A DNA stretch of 61,405 nucleotides, filler included, from Platydemus manokwari (lineage: Eukaryota), in NCBI GenBank assembly GCA_037951405.1. It is 5 parts of 5 records of this genome, joined end to end, with 100 filler letters (N's around TTAATTAATTAA, not from the genome) between each part and the next. Parts side by side here need not be neighbours in the genome. Positions count along the whole stretch, not along the records: positions 20,344 to 31,672 come from JBBMOY010757759.1; positions 31,773 to 49,498 come from JBBMOY010877754.1; 3 more parts are not named here. One strand, written 5' to 3'. Position numbers and translations under genes: made by a program. Positions 26,701 through 39,100 of this stretch are shown here, in pieces (the stretch's first letter is position 1; each line of letters begins with the position of its first letter). The notes beneath the pieces were generated by a model. It saw only the letters and a program-made list of their open reading frames with translations. It had not been told where the DNA came from and searched no databases.

Positions 26701-29634
26701 AATAAAGCATGTATTTATGTTACGTTAAATTGTCATTGAATTCAATCACAATATTATTTTTAATTTCTTTTAACAAACCAATTTTATTGGATTGGGATCA
26801 TTTTCTTTTATAATTGTTGTTTCTGATCTAGCTGATTTGTGATTTATAATTATTCATCGTAGAATTCACTTTCGGTGTGGTAGATCTGTATTAAATCAAT
26901 TCGTCAAACGTTCCCAAATTGTGCAAATTCTAGTTTACTGCCATATTTCAATGCTTCTTAATGTGTTTGTTTCAGAATTTTCACTGAGATAATTCTCATA
27001 TTTGTACTATCGCGAGAGAATATTTTTAGTATTGATTTTAAAAGCTGTTTTTAACTGGATTCTAAGTGTCATGATTTTTTTTAATATTCATCTATTCAAT
27101 TCAAATTTTTTGCCTTTAATTTACAATATTTAATTATATTTAATTTACGATATTTTCATAATTTGCTTCAGATTTTTATAAATATTAAGTAAAATATTGG
27201 ATTTGTTATTTTATTTTCCTTAATCTATTTATCTTTAATGATACCTTATTGGAGAAAAGAGTTATTATGGAAAAAATGTTCAATCTTGAAATACAGATTC
27301 AAACGGTAATTACCAGACTACTACTGAGTTGTGCTAGATAATATTTAAATCCATCAAATTGCTATGCATTTCAGAAATTTTATTGTTGAACTAAATTGTG
27401 ATTAAAGAAGATTTACTGATAAGTGACTCAGCAAGATTAAAAACCGAATAATATTCAAATAAATGGTAATTACCAATCATATTATCCATGAATGTTGATT
27501 CTTACGTGTTCAAAGTTATAAATAAATCTTAACAAAAATTATATTTGATGACATAATCAATTTTATAAATTCGAGTGTCACCCAAATATCAGTGTCATCA
27601 TAATACGTATTTGCCTGCGAGTATCTGCTGTATGTTTGGTGGTAAATAAATTGTCATACAATATGTGATCTGATGAATATCATTACTATTTGTCTACATG
27701 GATATTAATGGTTAAAAACCCCTGTGTGTGCAAAGTCTTTAGAGACAATATTTATTTTATTAAATTCCTTTGTTAAAATTAAAAGTATATTTGGATGAAA
27801 AATTTTTATGAAAATTAACTTTACTTCTATAGGCACCTTTTAAAGCTGTAAGTATTAGTTTGTTAATGAAATTTCTTATTAAAATATGAACACTATTTTT
27901 GTTGGATTATTGATTTATTCGTAAAAATAACTGAATTCATCGATTGGATTCATCACTCTTCCTATTTTAATGTCTATAGTATTTTATTTATTATTTTGTT
28001 TACAAATTGTTTTATCAACAAATTGTTTTATAAACATAAATAATAATTATAAAATATTTAACTAATCAACTTTATAGATAAAATATTAAGCTATGAATAA
28101 ATTTTCTATAGGCATTATTATACTTCAGACATTGGAATTCATTTTATTATTATAGGTGGTTGGGTTTATCTTCAGATTCATAATTATTCATGAGAATTCA
28201 TTATAAGGGATAACCAACATATTGATTATGTACTACACCGCAGATTATATACAATATTGTGTTGACCACTGCTTAATCCATCTTTTTGCAATATTTTTAT
28301 TAATTCGGATGACTTTTTTTAGTGTATGCATATCAGTTTTAATGTCCGATAATTTCTTAATTTGTTCGGAAATTTATTGCTCTTAATTTACAAATAATGC
28401 AGCATTGGTATTTATTGCCTCAATCTTAATTGTTTTTAAAATTTATTTTCTTAAAATAGCAGTTCATGTTTTTTGATATTATTTCATCCAAAGAAGATAA
28501 AACATATAATATTATTAATACATAATCTGTAAATCCTATTCTTTGTAGCTTATATAATATCAATTCTCTTGATTTAAGATATTTTTACCCGGCATTAAAG
28601 ATTTTTATTATTTAATTTACTTCTTTACCGGTTGTGCTCAATTTATAACTTCTTGTTTTAGAAAATATTAATAAAATATTCGTTTTAGATTTAGTAATTG
28701 TTTACGATCCTTTATTTAATTTTATACTTGAAGGGTTTCCTAGATTGTTTTCTTACGTAACTATTTGATGAAATAATATTCTGATTTTTTCAAAATAAAA
28801 ATTAATTAATAAATATTTGAGCATATAAAAAATGAGTGATTCATTCTCAAGAATTATTCAATTCAAGAATACTCAAAAATCGAGAAAACTATTATTAAAT
28901 TGTAGCATGATCACATGTTAGCACTGAAACAGGATTTTGAGTGATCCAGTTATAGTATGGATATCTGATCAAATAAAGATGCCGAACTGCAAATTTTCGT
29001 TGAAAGAAAAAACGGTTTATCATGAATGAATAAATTATAATGTTTTGCAAACACAGTTAAAATTTATCATAGGTTATTATCGTTTTTTGAGATTTCTAGA
29101 CCTGAATTTTCGATGCTATCGATTAGAACTGTTGTAGCTGTTTCCATGCGTAGATTTAAGTTTTAATTGCCACGTTTGATTTCAATATTATTTATTAACA
29201 ACATAAAAGTATTCAACTACATGATCTCGCTTATTAATTTTGGGTTTCGGGGCTTATAAGTCTTCCCAACACAAGGGAGTTCAATGAGACTAGCTAGACG
29301 TAAATTCAAACTAACCCTCTCTATTATCAGACTATTAAATAATACCATAACTTATAATATCAACTATTTACTATATGGACACTTTCTAGAATAATAAATC
29401 AAAACAATTATTGAATAATCAATAAAAAATAAAGACTATTTGGTAAGAACAATCTTCTATTGAAACTACTACAATCACAAAAATTTTCTTAATGTATTTC
29501 AAAAAACAAATATGAATAGTAAAATTACTTTAATTAATTAACCGGTACATCAATCAATTTATTTATTTTCCAACAAACACAGAATTAGTTCAAGCAATTT
29601 ATGGTTGGATTGGCCTATTCGAAATTGATGAAAC

Positions 29635-30969
29635 TGTTGGGGTTTATAAGGTTTGAGATTATCGTTAGTCGATTTTATCCCAACTTATGCGTATTCAATT
29701 TCTATTATTATTATCGTAACATTTGACTCCAAAGGTGCTGTGTATTAACTATGCTATGGATAAGACGAAGATTATTTATAAATATATATTAAAATAGACA
29801 ATAATATATACTCTATTGACAATGATAAGTTTAATAAACTGATTTGACAAATAACCAGGCTTGTGGGGGTTTACTTAGTTTACGCTTAATTAAAGAGATT
29901 ACTGACTCTATGTAGATAGAGCGTTTGATTTTGTATATGGTCTCTTAGGTTTCCCGGTAAGAGCCCTAAAGTTGCTAAATTATTGGAGGTTAGGCCTACG
30001 TGGAACCGTAACCTCTTGGACCAGATTTGTTTGAGATTTTAGATTTTATGAAAGTTAGCCTCTAGTTGAACTGGGTTCAGTCTAGAGTAGATTTGTAATC
30101 GGAATTGATTGACTTATTAACGCTTTTTAAATTTGGGTCACCAGAACAACGGAACGGGGTTGTTGGTGGAGGTTAATTGGTAGGAGATGAATATGGTTAT
30201 TTAAAGATATTTAAATATCAGAACAACTCAACTGAGCTGTTGATATATCAAAATATTACAGATAATGTGATAAAGGTTTTACCAGAACAACTCAACTGGG
30301 TTGTTGGTATTTTAAAATTTTATAGTTAATAATTAAAGGTAATAGCGATTCTAGATAGTTATGAAATAAAATTATTATTGTTTATCAATTAAAAGTGATG
30401 TACTTATACAATTATAACTTTTAAACAATTAAATGAGATATACTTTTGAAAATATATGAAAAAGCAAAAGGCTTACAGCTCCTTGAGTTTATAGGCCGAA
30501 TAGCAAATTAGTCGTTCTTCCTGATAGAAGTTCTGATAGAAAGTTACTCTTGGTTTTCTGATAGTAGTTCCTGTAAAATGAATCGCTTTCTTCGTTCTGG
30601 TTAGTAATTCGTTCTGTTACGCTTCTTTGTTATTCCTCTTTTCCTTATATATTCGGGTTTAGGTAATTATTCTTTCAATTGATTACAGGAAATAGTCCCG
30701 TCGGCAATTTGATTTGTAAGAAATTATTGCTAGAGTGAGCTGGGCAATTTGAATTACGAGAAATAATTGCTTTAACGATAGCTGGGCAATAATTGCTAGA
30801 TTATGGCTAGTAAATTGCAGGAAATGGTTTTCAATTGTAATAAATTTTGTCTGGTTTTCATCAATTTGATTCTAAATTGTTATTATCATCATTATCAGCT
30901 TGTTTTTATTATTTGTCTTTTATTATTATTTGTCTATTATTTTAGAATTATTGAGATATTATCCCAACA
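29635..30969 (+). mobile_element. Putative solo LTR (~1.33 kb)
   Basis: Begins TGTTGGG and ends CCCAACA; flanks AAAC/AATC (3/4 TSD match). Shares collinear blocks with 34951..36194 (TGACTCCAAAGGTG; CAAATAACCAGG; AAGAGCCCTAAA...GGTTAGGCCTA...CCGTA). Confidence 0.65.
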
Positions 30970-31194
30970 AATCCACGCTAAATATATCGTATTTTTGGCA
31001 CCAATCCGGACCATTTCTGACACGATATCTGAATTACACATTAATCGAAGTTCCTGATTTATTAAAGAGATTGTATCATGAGATAAGTGAGAATATTCTT
31101 TAAAAATATTTTAAAGATAAAGTACTTTTTAAAGGTCCATATTATTCACTCTGTCATATTTATAAATTATTTTAATTATATAATAATAGAATAA

Positions 31195-31435
31195 ATTATC
31201 TCCACCTACATACGCATTCTAGATTGAACCATTTAAAGTAGAAACTAAAATAAAACTAAAATCCAAAATTTAATGGTTACGGTGCCATTAGGCCTAACCG
31301 CCGATTAAATCATTATGAGGATTCTTACCGGTAAAGCTATAAGAACCAATCTACTAATTTTATCTTAATAGTAAAATAAAAAATTGTCACAAAAATACAA
31401 TAAAACCTCTCTAATATCCAGGTTATTTGTTCAAA
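31195..31435 (-). mobile_element. Third, inverted, partial copy of the same LTR-like family
   Basis: The reverse complement contains GGTTAGGCCTAATGGCACCGTA, identical to 35406-35427, with similar downstream sequence and an upstream CAAATAACCTGG block. Confidence 0.7.
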
Positions 31436-31672
31436 CTATCAATGTTGTATCATTGCTATTTAGAATTGTATAATCTGTTATATAAATATCTCATCTATTT
31501 TAGTGTCATTTATTTACCTTAGTAATTTTGTTTACAATTTTAACTATATACACATTTTGGAGTCGGGTGTACAATACATAAGTCTATAAGAGCTCAATCG
31601 TGTTGCATTGTAAAATCCAAATAATTGTCTTACCGTTGTCTTGGTTAAAGAATTAATTCAAAAATCATAGTA

Positions 31673-31772
31673 NNNNNNNNNNNNNNNNNNNNNNNNNNNN
31701 NNNNNNNNNNNNNNNNTTAATTAATTAANNNNNNNNNNNNNNNNNNNNNNNNNNNNNNNNNNNNNNNNNNNN
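31673..31772. other. Assembly gap/linker
   Basis: 44 N + TTAATTAATTAA + 44 N. Confidence 0.98.
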
Positions 31773-33145
31773 CGACCAAAGGAATAAGAATTAATTAACC
31801 AAAAAATGTTTAACAAATTTAATTCTATATCTTATTCAATAATAAATATATTACTAAAATCTATAAGTAAGTAGTAACATTTATTGCAAATAAACATCAT
31901 TCCCTGAGCATATATTCTCGGCAAATTCTCATGGCACATTTCAAATGGATCATTTTTGACTCCAATATTATTAATAGAAAATTTAAACATTATATTAAAT
32001 TATATTTATTAATTGATAATAATAATAATAATTAGGAGATCTAGATTTTTCATGGTAAAAAGATCGACATTCAGAAATGTTAAAGAGCCACGCAACAATA
32101 TTCGACAGAACTAAGTTTAGAAATAGTGAAAAGTGAAAATAGTTCGAAATAACTTTTTCTCAAAACCAATTATGCAAGATCTTATTATTCTGGATTCGAT
32201 AAGGAATAGACAGGGCACATTATTATATACATATATGATAAATCCGATTAAGTTTCAATTTTCTCAATTAAAGAAAATAGTCAAATCAGATTCAGATGAC
32301 ATGTGATAATATATCAGTGAATTACGTAATCACATCGCTACTTTATTCCTATACAGGCCTCAGATAATTGATTGGGGTTAAAAATGATTTCAAAGCAAAT
32401 ATTTCGTTTTTTGATCGCCATGGTTTATTTCCGTAAATAATCAATATCTTTGATAAAAAATGACAACAGTAAAACTGATCTTGAAAATGATGGGGAAAAG
32501 GGTTGAAATTATATAAAACATATTTTTAATGCTCAATCACAGTTTCGGTTGCCAAATATAAAACTCATTAAAGGACAAGAGAATGGGGATTTCATAAACA
32601 TATGTTTCAGCTAGGAAATTGAAGGAATTTCTTCTTATTTTATTGTAGAGATGAAAAATGAGGATTTCAGGGAAATTCTTTTAAATATTTAAAGTTAGAT
32701 CATTGATAAAATTATAATAAATACAAAATTTTCCTCGATTTTGACAATTTATTGGAATTTATAAGAGATATTTTATAGCTTTAATAATCAATAAAAATAA
32801 AAAAAATTAATTAATGAGTAGTATAAAACATTTAATAATATAAAATAATTATTATATTAAATGAGAACATAAATAATAATTTAACTTATGAAATTTTATA
32901 TAATGTTATGAATTAATAATCAGTAAAATATAATCATAAAGAACATAATATATTAATAAGTAGTATGTAAAAAAATTACAAATTAGATTAATAATAAATA
33001 ATAAAGCTGCAAGAATGTGTTGTATTCAAGGAGAAACTGTGTGACTACCAATTTTCGTACAAGCACACACACAGACGCACACACAAACACTCCAGTGCAC
33101 AAATTCTCCTCGATTACAAATCGGTTGTACAAACATGAATCTTAC

Positions 33146-34001
33146 ACAAATACTGCGAATGCACAAGCAACTTGATGTCATCCAGGTTCAAATACAAGAA
33201 CGTATCCATAGTTGCTGGCAGCGATTCTGGAAAATAATCGAAGCAATCAATAATTTTTGCATTTGATCTGTGAAGGCTTACCGATATAAGCGGAATGCTG
33301 TGAATGCTCATTGGATAATTCATTGAGCAAATATAATGCTAAAGATAAATTAGGCATCTTTTTCGTCAGCACATTTGTATTGAGAAACTGGCCTGGATGA
33401 AAATATTGTTTTCAAATTCAAGATTTTGTAATTAAATTCCATATCGAAACCAACCGAAATTTGATGAATATGCGCTGTGTTCGGTGAGCATTTTATTCAA
33501 GGGAATTGTCATTGTTAATTCGTGTTTCTAAATTGGGAGAGAAAATATAAAAACAAACAAAAATAGAATTCAATTTATAAAACATTTATTGGTTGATTTG
33601 CAAATATACCAAAACCTATTCCAGTTTTCGATTCTGAAACAGAGACATTGGAAATAAATCCTGCATCAGTAAAATCTTCAAGTAATTTCTCCAAATATTT
33701 TTTACGATCGTAATTCGATTTTTTCAATTTTTGTCTTACAAAAGAATAATCTTAATTTCAAAAATAAAGTTCAAATTTTAAATAAAAAATTACCTTTCTG
33801 TAATTCAATCAATGCATTCACATTCTTTAAAATATTTTCAAACGTTTCAATAACCTTAGCTGGCTTCATATCTTCAATAGGAACTTCAAGTCGTAATATA
33901 ACATTAAAAATAGTTTATCACAAGAATTTACTTATTGCCAAAGAAGAACATATTTCTGCAGTTCTTTTTCTTATATTTTTATTAAAGGCACGTGAGTTCA
34001 T
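33146..34001 (-). CDS. SETD3: SETD3-like actin-histidine N-methyltransferase (SET domain), 5' six exons only
   Basis: Exons 34001-33932, 33883-33794, 33750-33584, 33527-33455, 33392-33282 and 33226-33146 (introns 48, 43, 56, 62, 55 bp) splice in frame. The product ...RKKYLEKLLEDFTDAG...GIGFGIFANQPINKHELTMTIPLNKMLTEHSAYSSNFGQFLNTNVLTKKMPNLSLALYLLNELSNEHSQHSAYIESLPATMDTFLYLNLDDIKLLVHSQ parallels SETD3 GFGLRATRDIKAEELFLWVP...MGNIALAFHLLCE...PYIQTLPSEYDTPLYF. Confidence 0.85.
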
Positions 34002-34950
34002 TGTCAGGAGAAAGCAAAACGAATATTTTGAATTTTAAAAATTCTAAAACAAATGTAGTTGTAAATGAGTGAACTTAATTAACAAATTAAAACATTGCAA
34101 TTTAATATTTACAATTTCTAAAATAAAGATAACTAAATTAATTTCACATAAAACTTTAAATGGAAATTTTTAATAATGGTTAGTAACAAAAAAAATTTAC
34201 TTTTAAATTTAAACTTGTATTTAATATTTAACTTTTTCTGAATTAATATTTAACTTATTAGGCTTATTAAGTACATAAGATGAAGACTGGTCAGAAAAAT
34301 CTCATCTAATAACCCATAAATAAGATACTAAATAAAGAGATAACAATTGGAGTATATCTTACATAAAACTATATACACTTATTTCTTCAGGGATCGGAAA
34401 TATGAACTGGTGAATAATTAATTACATTTTTATTTGTTTTATATATTTAAAAAATTTAGATATTATATATGGAGAGAAAGGGAAAGAAACAGACAGACTA
34501 TAAAAGCTTTTACATAGTAAGAAATTTCGCTAAAAATCGAAAAGTTTAGAATTACTCAAAATTTTCGAAAATTCTTTGTAAAAAGTGACAGAACTATTCT
34601 AGAAAATTAATAACACTACTTGTAACTGATTATTTTCATGGTAACTGGCATCAAAGTGATAAATTAATAACCTATTTTGGATAATTTAATTTCGTAATGG
34701 TTTCTAAATAAATTCACTTTTCAAATGACTTTTTGCAATTCTGAAGTTTAGAACATTGCAAATGAGGTGATGGTACGAAATATAGGAATTCGTGGTATTC
34801 TAGCATAGGTAATTCAAGGTACACATGTGAATATTTACGACGACTTAATTGATTATTGGAACCTCTTTCCATGTAAAATATGAACAAAGGTAAACGTTTT
34901 CAAAATCTCGACCTGCAAGATATAAAATACTCTAGAACTATTGGTACTAG

Positions 34951-36194
34951 TGTTGGGCTTTACTTTGTTTGTAGCAACTTTAGATTAATGTGATGATTAA
35001 TTGAGTATTAAAACCCTATAAAGTATTTGAGCTCTTATTATTTTAATTATCAATATTTAACCAGTTCATCTGACTCCAAAAGGTGTAAGTAATTATAAAT
35101 ATTTTAGAATTAAATTATAGAACAATAATATAATAAACAGCTTGATCTAAATAAAATATAATAGGTATGGCAATAAATGCAAATCAATAATAACAGTAAA
35201 ATTCGAACAAAAATACAATAGAATTACAATATTATTACATCAATAAATTACATAGAATAAACAAAATTTTTAGCAAATAATCAGGTCTTTGAAACTTTGA
35301 ATTTTAATTATTCGACTATTATGAGGTTCTAACACAATAGAAATGTTGTTTTTTTGATGTCTCTTATATTAGTGCCCATAAGAGCTCTAAAATGATTTTA
35401 TATGTGGTTAGGCCTAATGGCACCGTACCACTACTATAAATTTGTTGGGATTTTAGATATTTATAACTTAGTTTTAATTTTAGATAACAGGGTATGTAGA
35501 GATATGTAGAAGATGAATTATACAATAATTTACAATCGTTAATTACATGATAATTAATCGATTAGAAATTCGTTTATAAAATAGAGTATAACTTATAATA
35601 TCGCTAGTCTTTTCCAAAGAAATAATTGATGTTTACACTCAAGTACAATGTCATATTTCAACGACGAATTCATTAGTTTTTTAATAAATAATGAACAAGT
35701 TTGTGAATTTAGCTTTATTTCTTATCGCTACACGTAGTTTTTATATAATAAATATGCTTCGTAAGTTGTTTGATACGATCTTGTTTCAATTTCAAATATA
35801 TGAATAAATTTGATAATGTTTGCTGAAATAAGTTAGATTAGATTAATTCAATAGTTCTGCCACTTCAGTGTGAACTTGTTTATAAATAATTTTTCGGACA
35901 GCCTTATGAACTGCTTTCTTTTATTTATACTCGTAATTTTTCTTTGTTCTACTTTTATTAGGTTTATGGATATTATTCATATTATTTTTATTTATCCATT
36001 CCTGCTGTTTCTCTTGTTAGATAATAATTCGTGTATTTTTCAATTATGTATTTATTTAATTCTATTTTTAGTCTCTAATTTGTTATGATTTAATTTTTAC
36101 CAAGTGCAATAATTTTCAATGCAGAATGAGTCACATTTTTTGAAGATTTTTTTTATCTATTAATTATTGTTTGTTATAGAGTTGGTACCCAACA
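34951..36194 (+). mobile_element. Putative solo LTR (~1.24 kb), same family as 29635..30969
   Basis: TGTTGGG...CCCAACA termini, flanks CTAG/CTAT (3/4 TSD match), shared internal blocks, T-rich 3' third. Confidence 0.65.
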
Positions 36195-39100
36195 CTATTA
36201 TAAATTAATTACAAAAGCTTACTGGCATTGGTGCTACAAAATAGGCAAAGCAATAAGAATGTAAAAGTTATACATTTACTGTGACGAAAACTTAAAGAAA
36301 GTAATAATAATTTAAAATAATAATTTTAATAAAAATATTCTAATTATAATTTTAATAATTTAATAATAAGTTTCAAAATAAAAAACATTATTTTGAAATA
36401 TTGTTTAATTATTTAATAAAAAGTAATTATTATATAATTTAAATATTTTTGTACCTATATACCTGATTAAGATTAATAGCTAAAGCTATCTAAAAATGAT
36501 TTAAATTTGTTTAAAAATTGCTTGATTTGTTTGCATTAAATAAAAGTTATGAAAATCGTACAAATGACTTCTGTTGAATACTCAATTTTAAGCAACGTAA
36601 CTACTATTAACAAATTAAATTGTGATCTATTCATTTAATTAAAGTAAACAAATAATTATGTGAATAAAATTAAACAGTTTAGAGAATTGTTAAGAAATAA
36701 AACTCAATCGATCTAAAGAACAAAACAATAAATTATAAAATTGAATAACTGATTCTAATCTGTATCGGAACTCAGTCCCAGAATTGAAACTATTAGAATT
36801 AACTTATTATTAGGTTCATTGTGAATGAAGTGTGATATTAAATATATACCAGTAAACAGAAAGCCTTTTTAATTAATCTCGGAATGTACATTTGATAAAT
36901 TGTGAGAAGTCAAATTGTAATTCAGAGTTTGTTAAGTAGTGCATATAGTACAAAACTTAACAAAATTATCAAATAACAGTACAATTTGTTTTTTAAATTG
37001 CATTTAATGACTAAAGTCATTAATATAAGATTGAAATTTTTCTACTAGGAAATGATAAAAATCGCGCGGTTAAAGACAGGTAACCCATTGAGACACATAT
37101 AATTGAGTTATTTTATTTTTAATGAAATTTAATGGCTTGTATGAGGTCCAACTATGAAAAGAGACAACTATACGCTGACATGTACACCTTTACACAGTGT
37201 TCAGCTATTGATATGCAAAAATAAAGCAAATGTTCTATATCAGAAACTGAATACAGTTCACGCTCTTCTCTTTAAATTGAGTTAATTATTATATTTGTTA
37301 TTTTCGATATTAGTATAATTAATAAGTAGGAAGTTAATAATGATTCGTATGAAATATATTTCATCTTTGGCAAAATAATAATAATTTCATTCATGGAATA
37401 ATGAGCGCGCATAATAATCTCAAATTAAACTGCATACCTAATATAAAATACCTAATTTAATTGATAGATACTTAGTTAAATCAATTTAACAAACCTACTG
37501 TTATTAAACAAGATTTTTCAGTCCAGTTTTGAAAATCAACCCAAAGCAAGAGAAATTCAATGACTTGCAATGAACAATTTTTTACTAGTTAATTAATCCG
37601 ATAATTCCAGGAAATAATCTGTGAATATACAACTCGATTTATATATTTTTGTTGACAGTTGGATTAAGAAAATATCGAACAAGTTATGTTTATTTACAAC
37701 TCAACAATCGATGCCAATGATAACCAAAATAATTCAAACTAATAAAATAGATCCATAATTAAAAATTTTTTTTTCAGCTTTTAATAATGTAAATTACTGA
37801 TTATTTTTTGTATTTTTATTATTTTAAGTTATTCTTTATTTATAGTTATTGGATGTCTTAATTTTTCTATATTTCATTTATTTATTTTTCGCCATTACAG
37901 CTCAATTAAATCCTATCTTCTTTTTACATAAAAATATAATTAGATATTATATAACAGAGAACTTATTATAAAATAAATCTTGATTAAATGTCAAATAATC
38001 AATTATTCAATCTCAATAAAAAAATCAGGTATAGAATATTGAATTGATCATGGGCGATTCGATAATTGTCAACTTTAAATTTCTATATTGATCAAGCAGG
38101 GCGCATCGAGGAATTGAGTCTTGACTTGAATGGAGAATTAGAAGATGGGGGATTATTCGAATTCGAGATTTATATTTGTAATAGTGATTTATTTAGGATT
38201 TATATTATGTAGTATTAATATTGGGTTGTTTGTACTGAACCTGATGGAATAATTGTATTTTTGTACTGGGACTATACTCTAACAACATTAAATAACAGCT
38301 GCAATAAATGAATGAATGAAATAGCTTAGAGACTATATACCGATACAAATTAGTTACCACTGTCATATTGTAAAAAATATTTCTAGAAAATATTTTAGTT
38401 TATTTAAACTTTTGTTTAAATTAACTCTAGGGAAATCAATGCACCTTAGAATAATAATATGCGTCTATATTTCTGAAGTCACATATCTCATTTTGCTTGT
38501 CAAATCGTGTCTTTATTTTTAGTAAACCTGAATAAGTCAGTGACTAAATTTTGCAATGCCATTGTTTGTTGCTAATCTTAAAATTTATTTCTAGTAATGA
38601 TTTTTATGCTTTTACTTGTCCTTGAGTTTATTTGATGAAAAAAATTGTTGCTTTGTAACAAAAAATTTTAGTAATAGAATTTCAGTCATTCTGCATTTAT
38701 CTATATTTCGTCTCCATACAGGGTATGCTGAATCCGTGATCGAGAATGAACAACAACAATGTCTTTAACGGAATTTCATTACATCCAAGTGAAGAGTTCA
38801 TATTATTTAAAATAGAAAATTACGCAAGAGCAATTATAATAGCAATACCTAATAAATAGAAAGAAAATTAAACTGATATAAATATATAAATATTAGTTGA
38901 AGGATATAAGAATAAAAATTATAAATACAGAATATATCTAAATTTATAAATAATGTAAAAATAATCCGAAATAAATCCAAAAATATAATTAAAAATACCA
39001 AATAAATTATAAATTCAGAAACAGAATATATAAATAAGTTATAACTGTAGAATGATAAGTGATATCTTTAGATGAGAATAACGATTTGTAATTTAATCGT

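Noticed and set aside
30140-30308. CRISPR array
   Set aside because: Only three degenerate units, unequal spacers, eukaryotic context, no cas genes, and located inside an LTR-like repeat.
33492-34001. A standalone ~111-aa coiled-coil gene ending ...NNDNSLE*
   Set aside because: Using the later donor at 33583 keeps the frame open into clear SETD3 sequence, which is a much better model.
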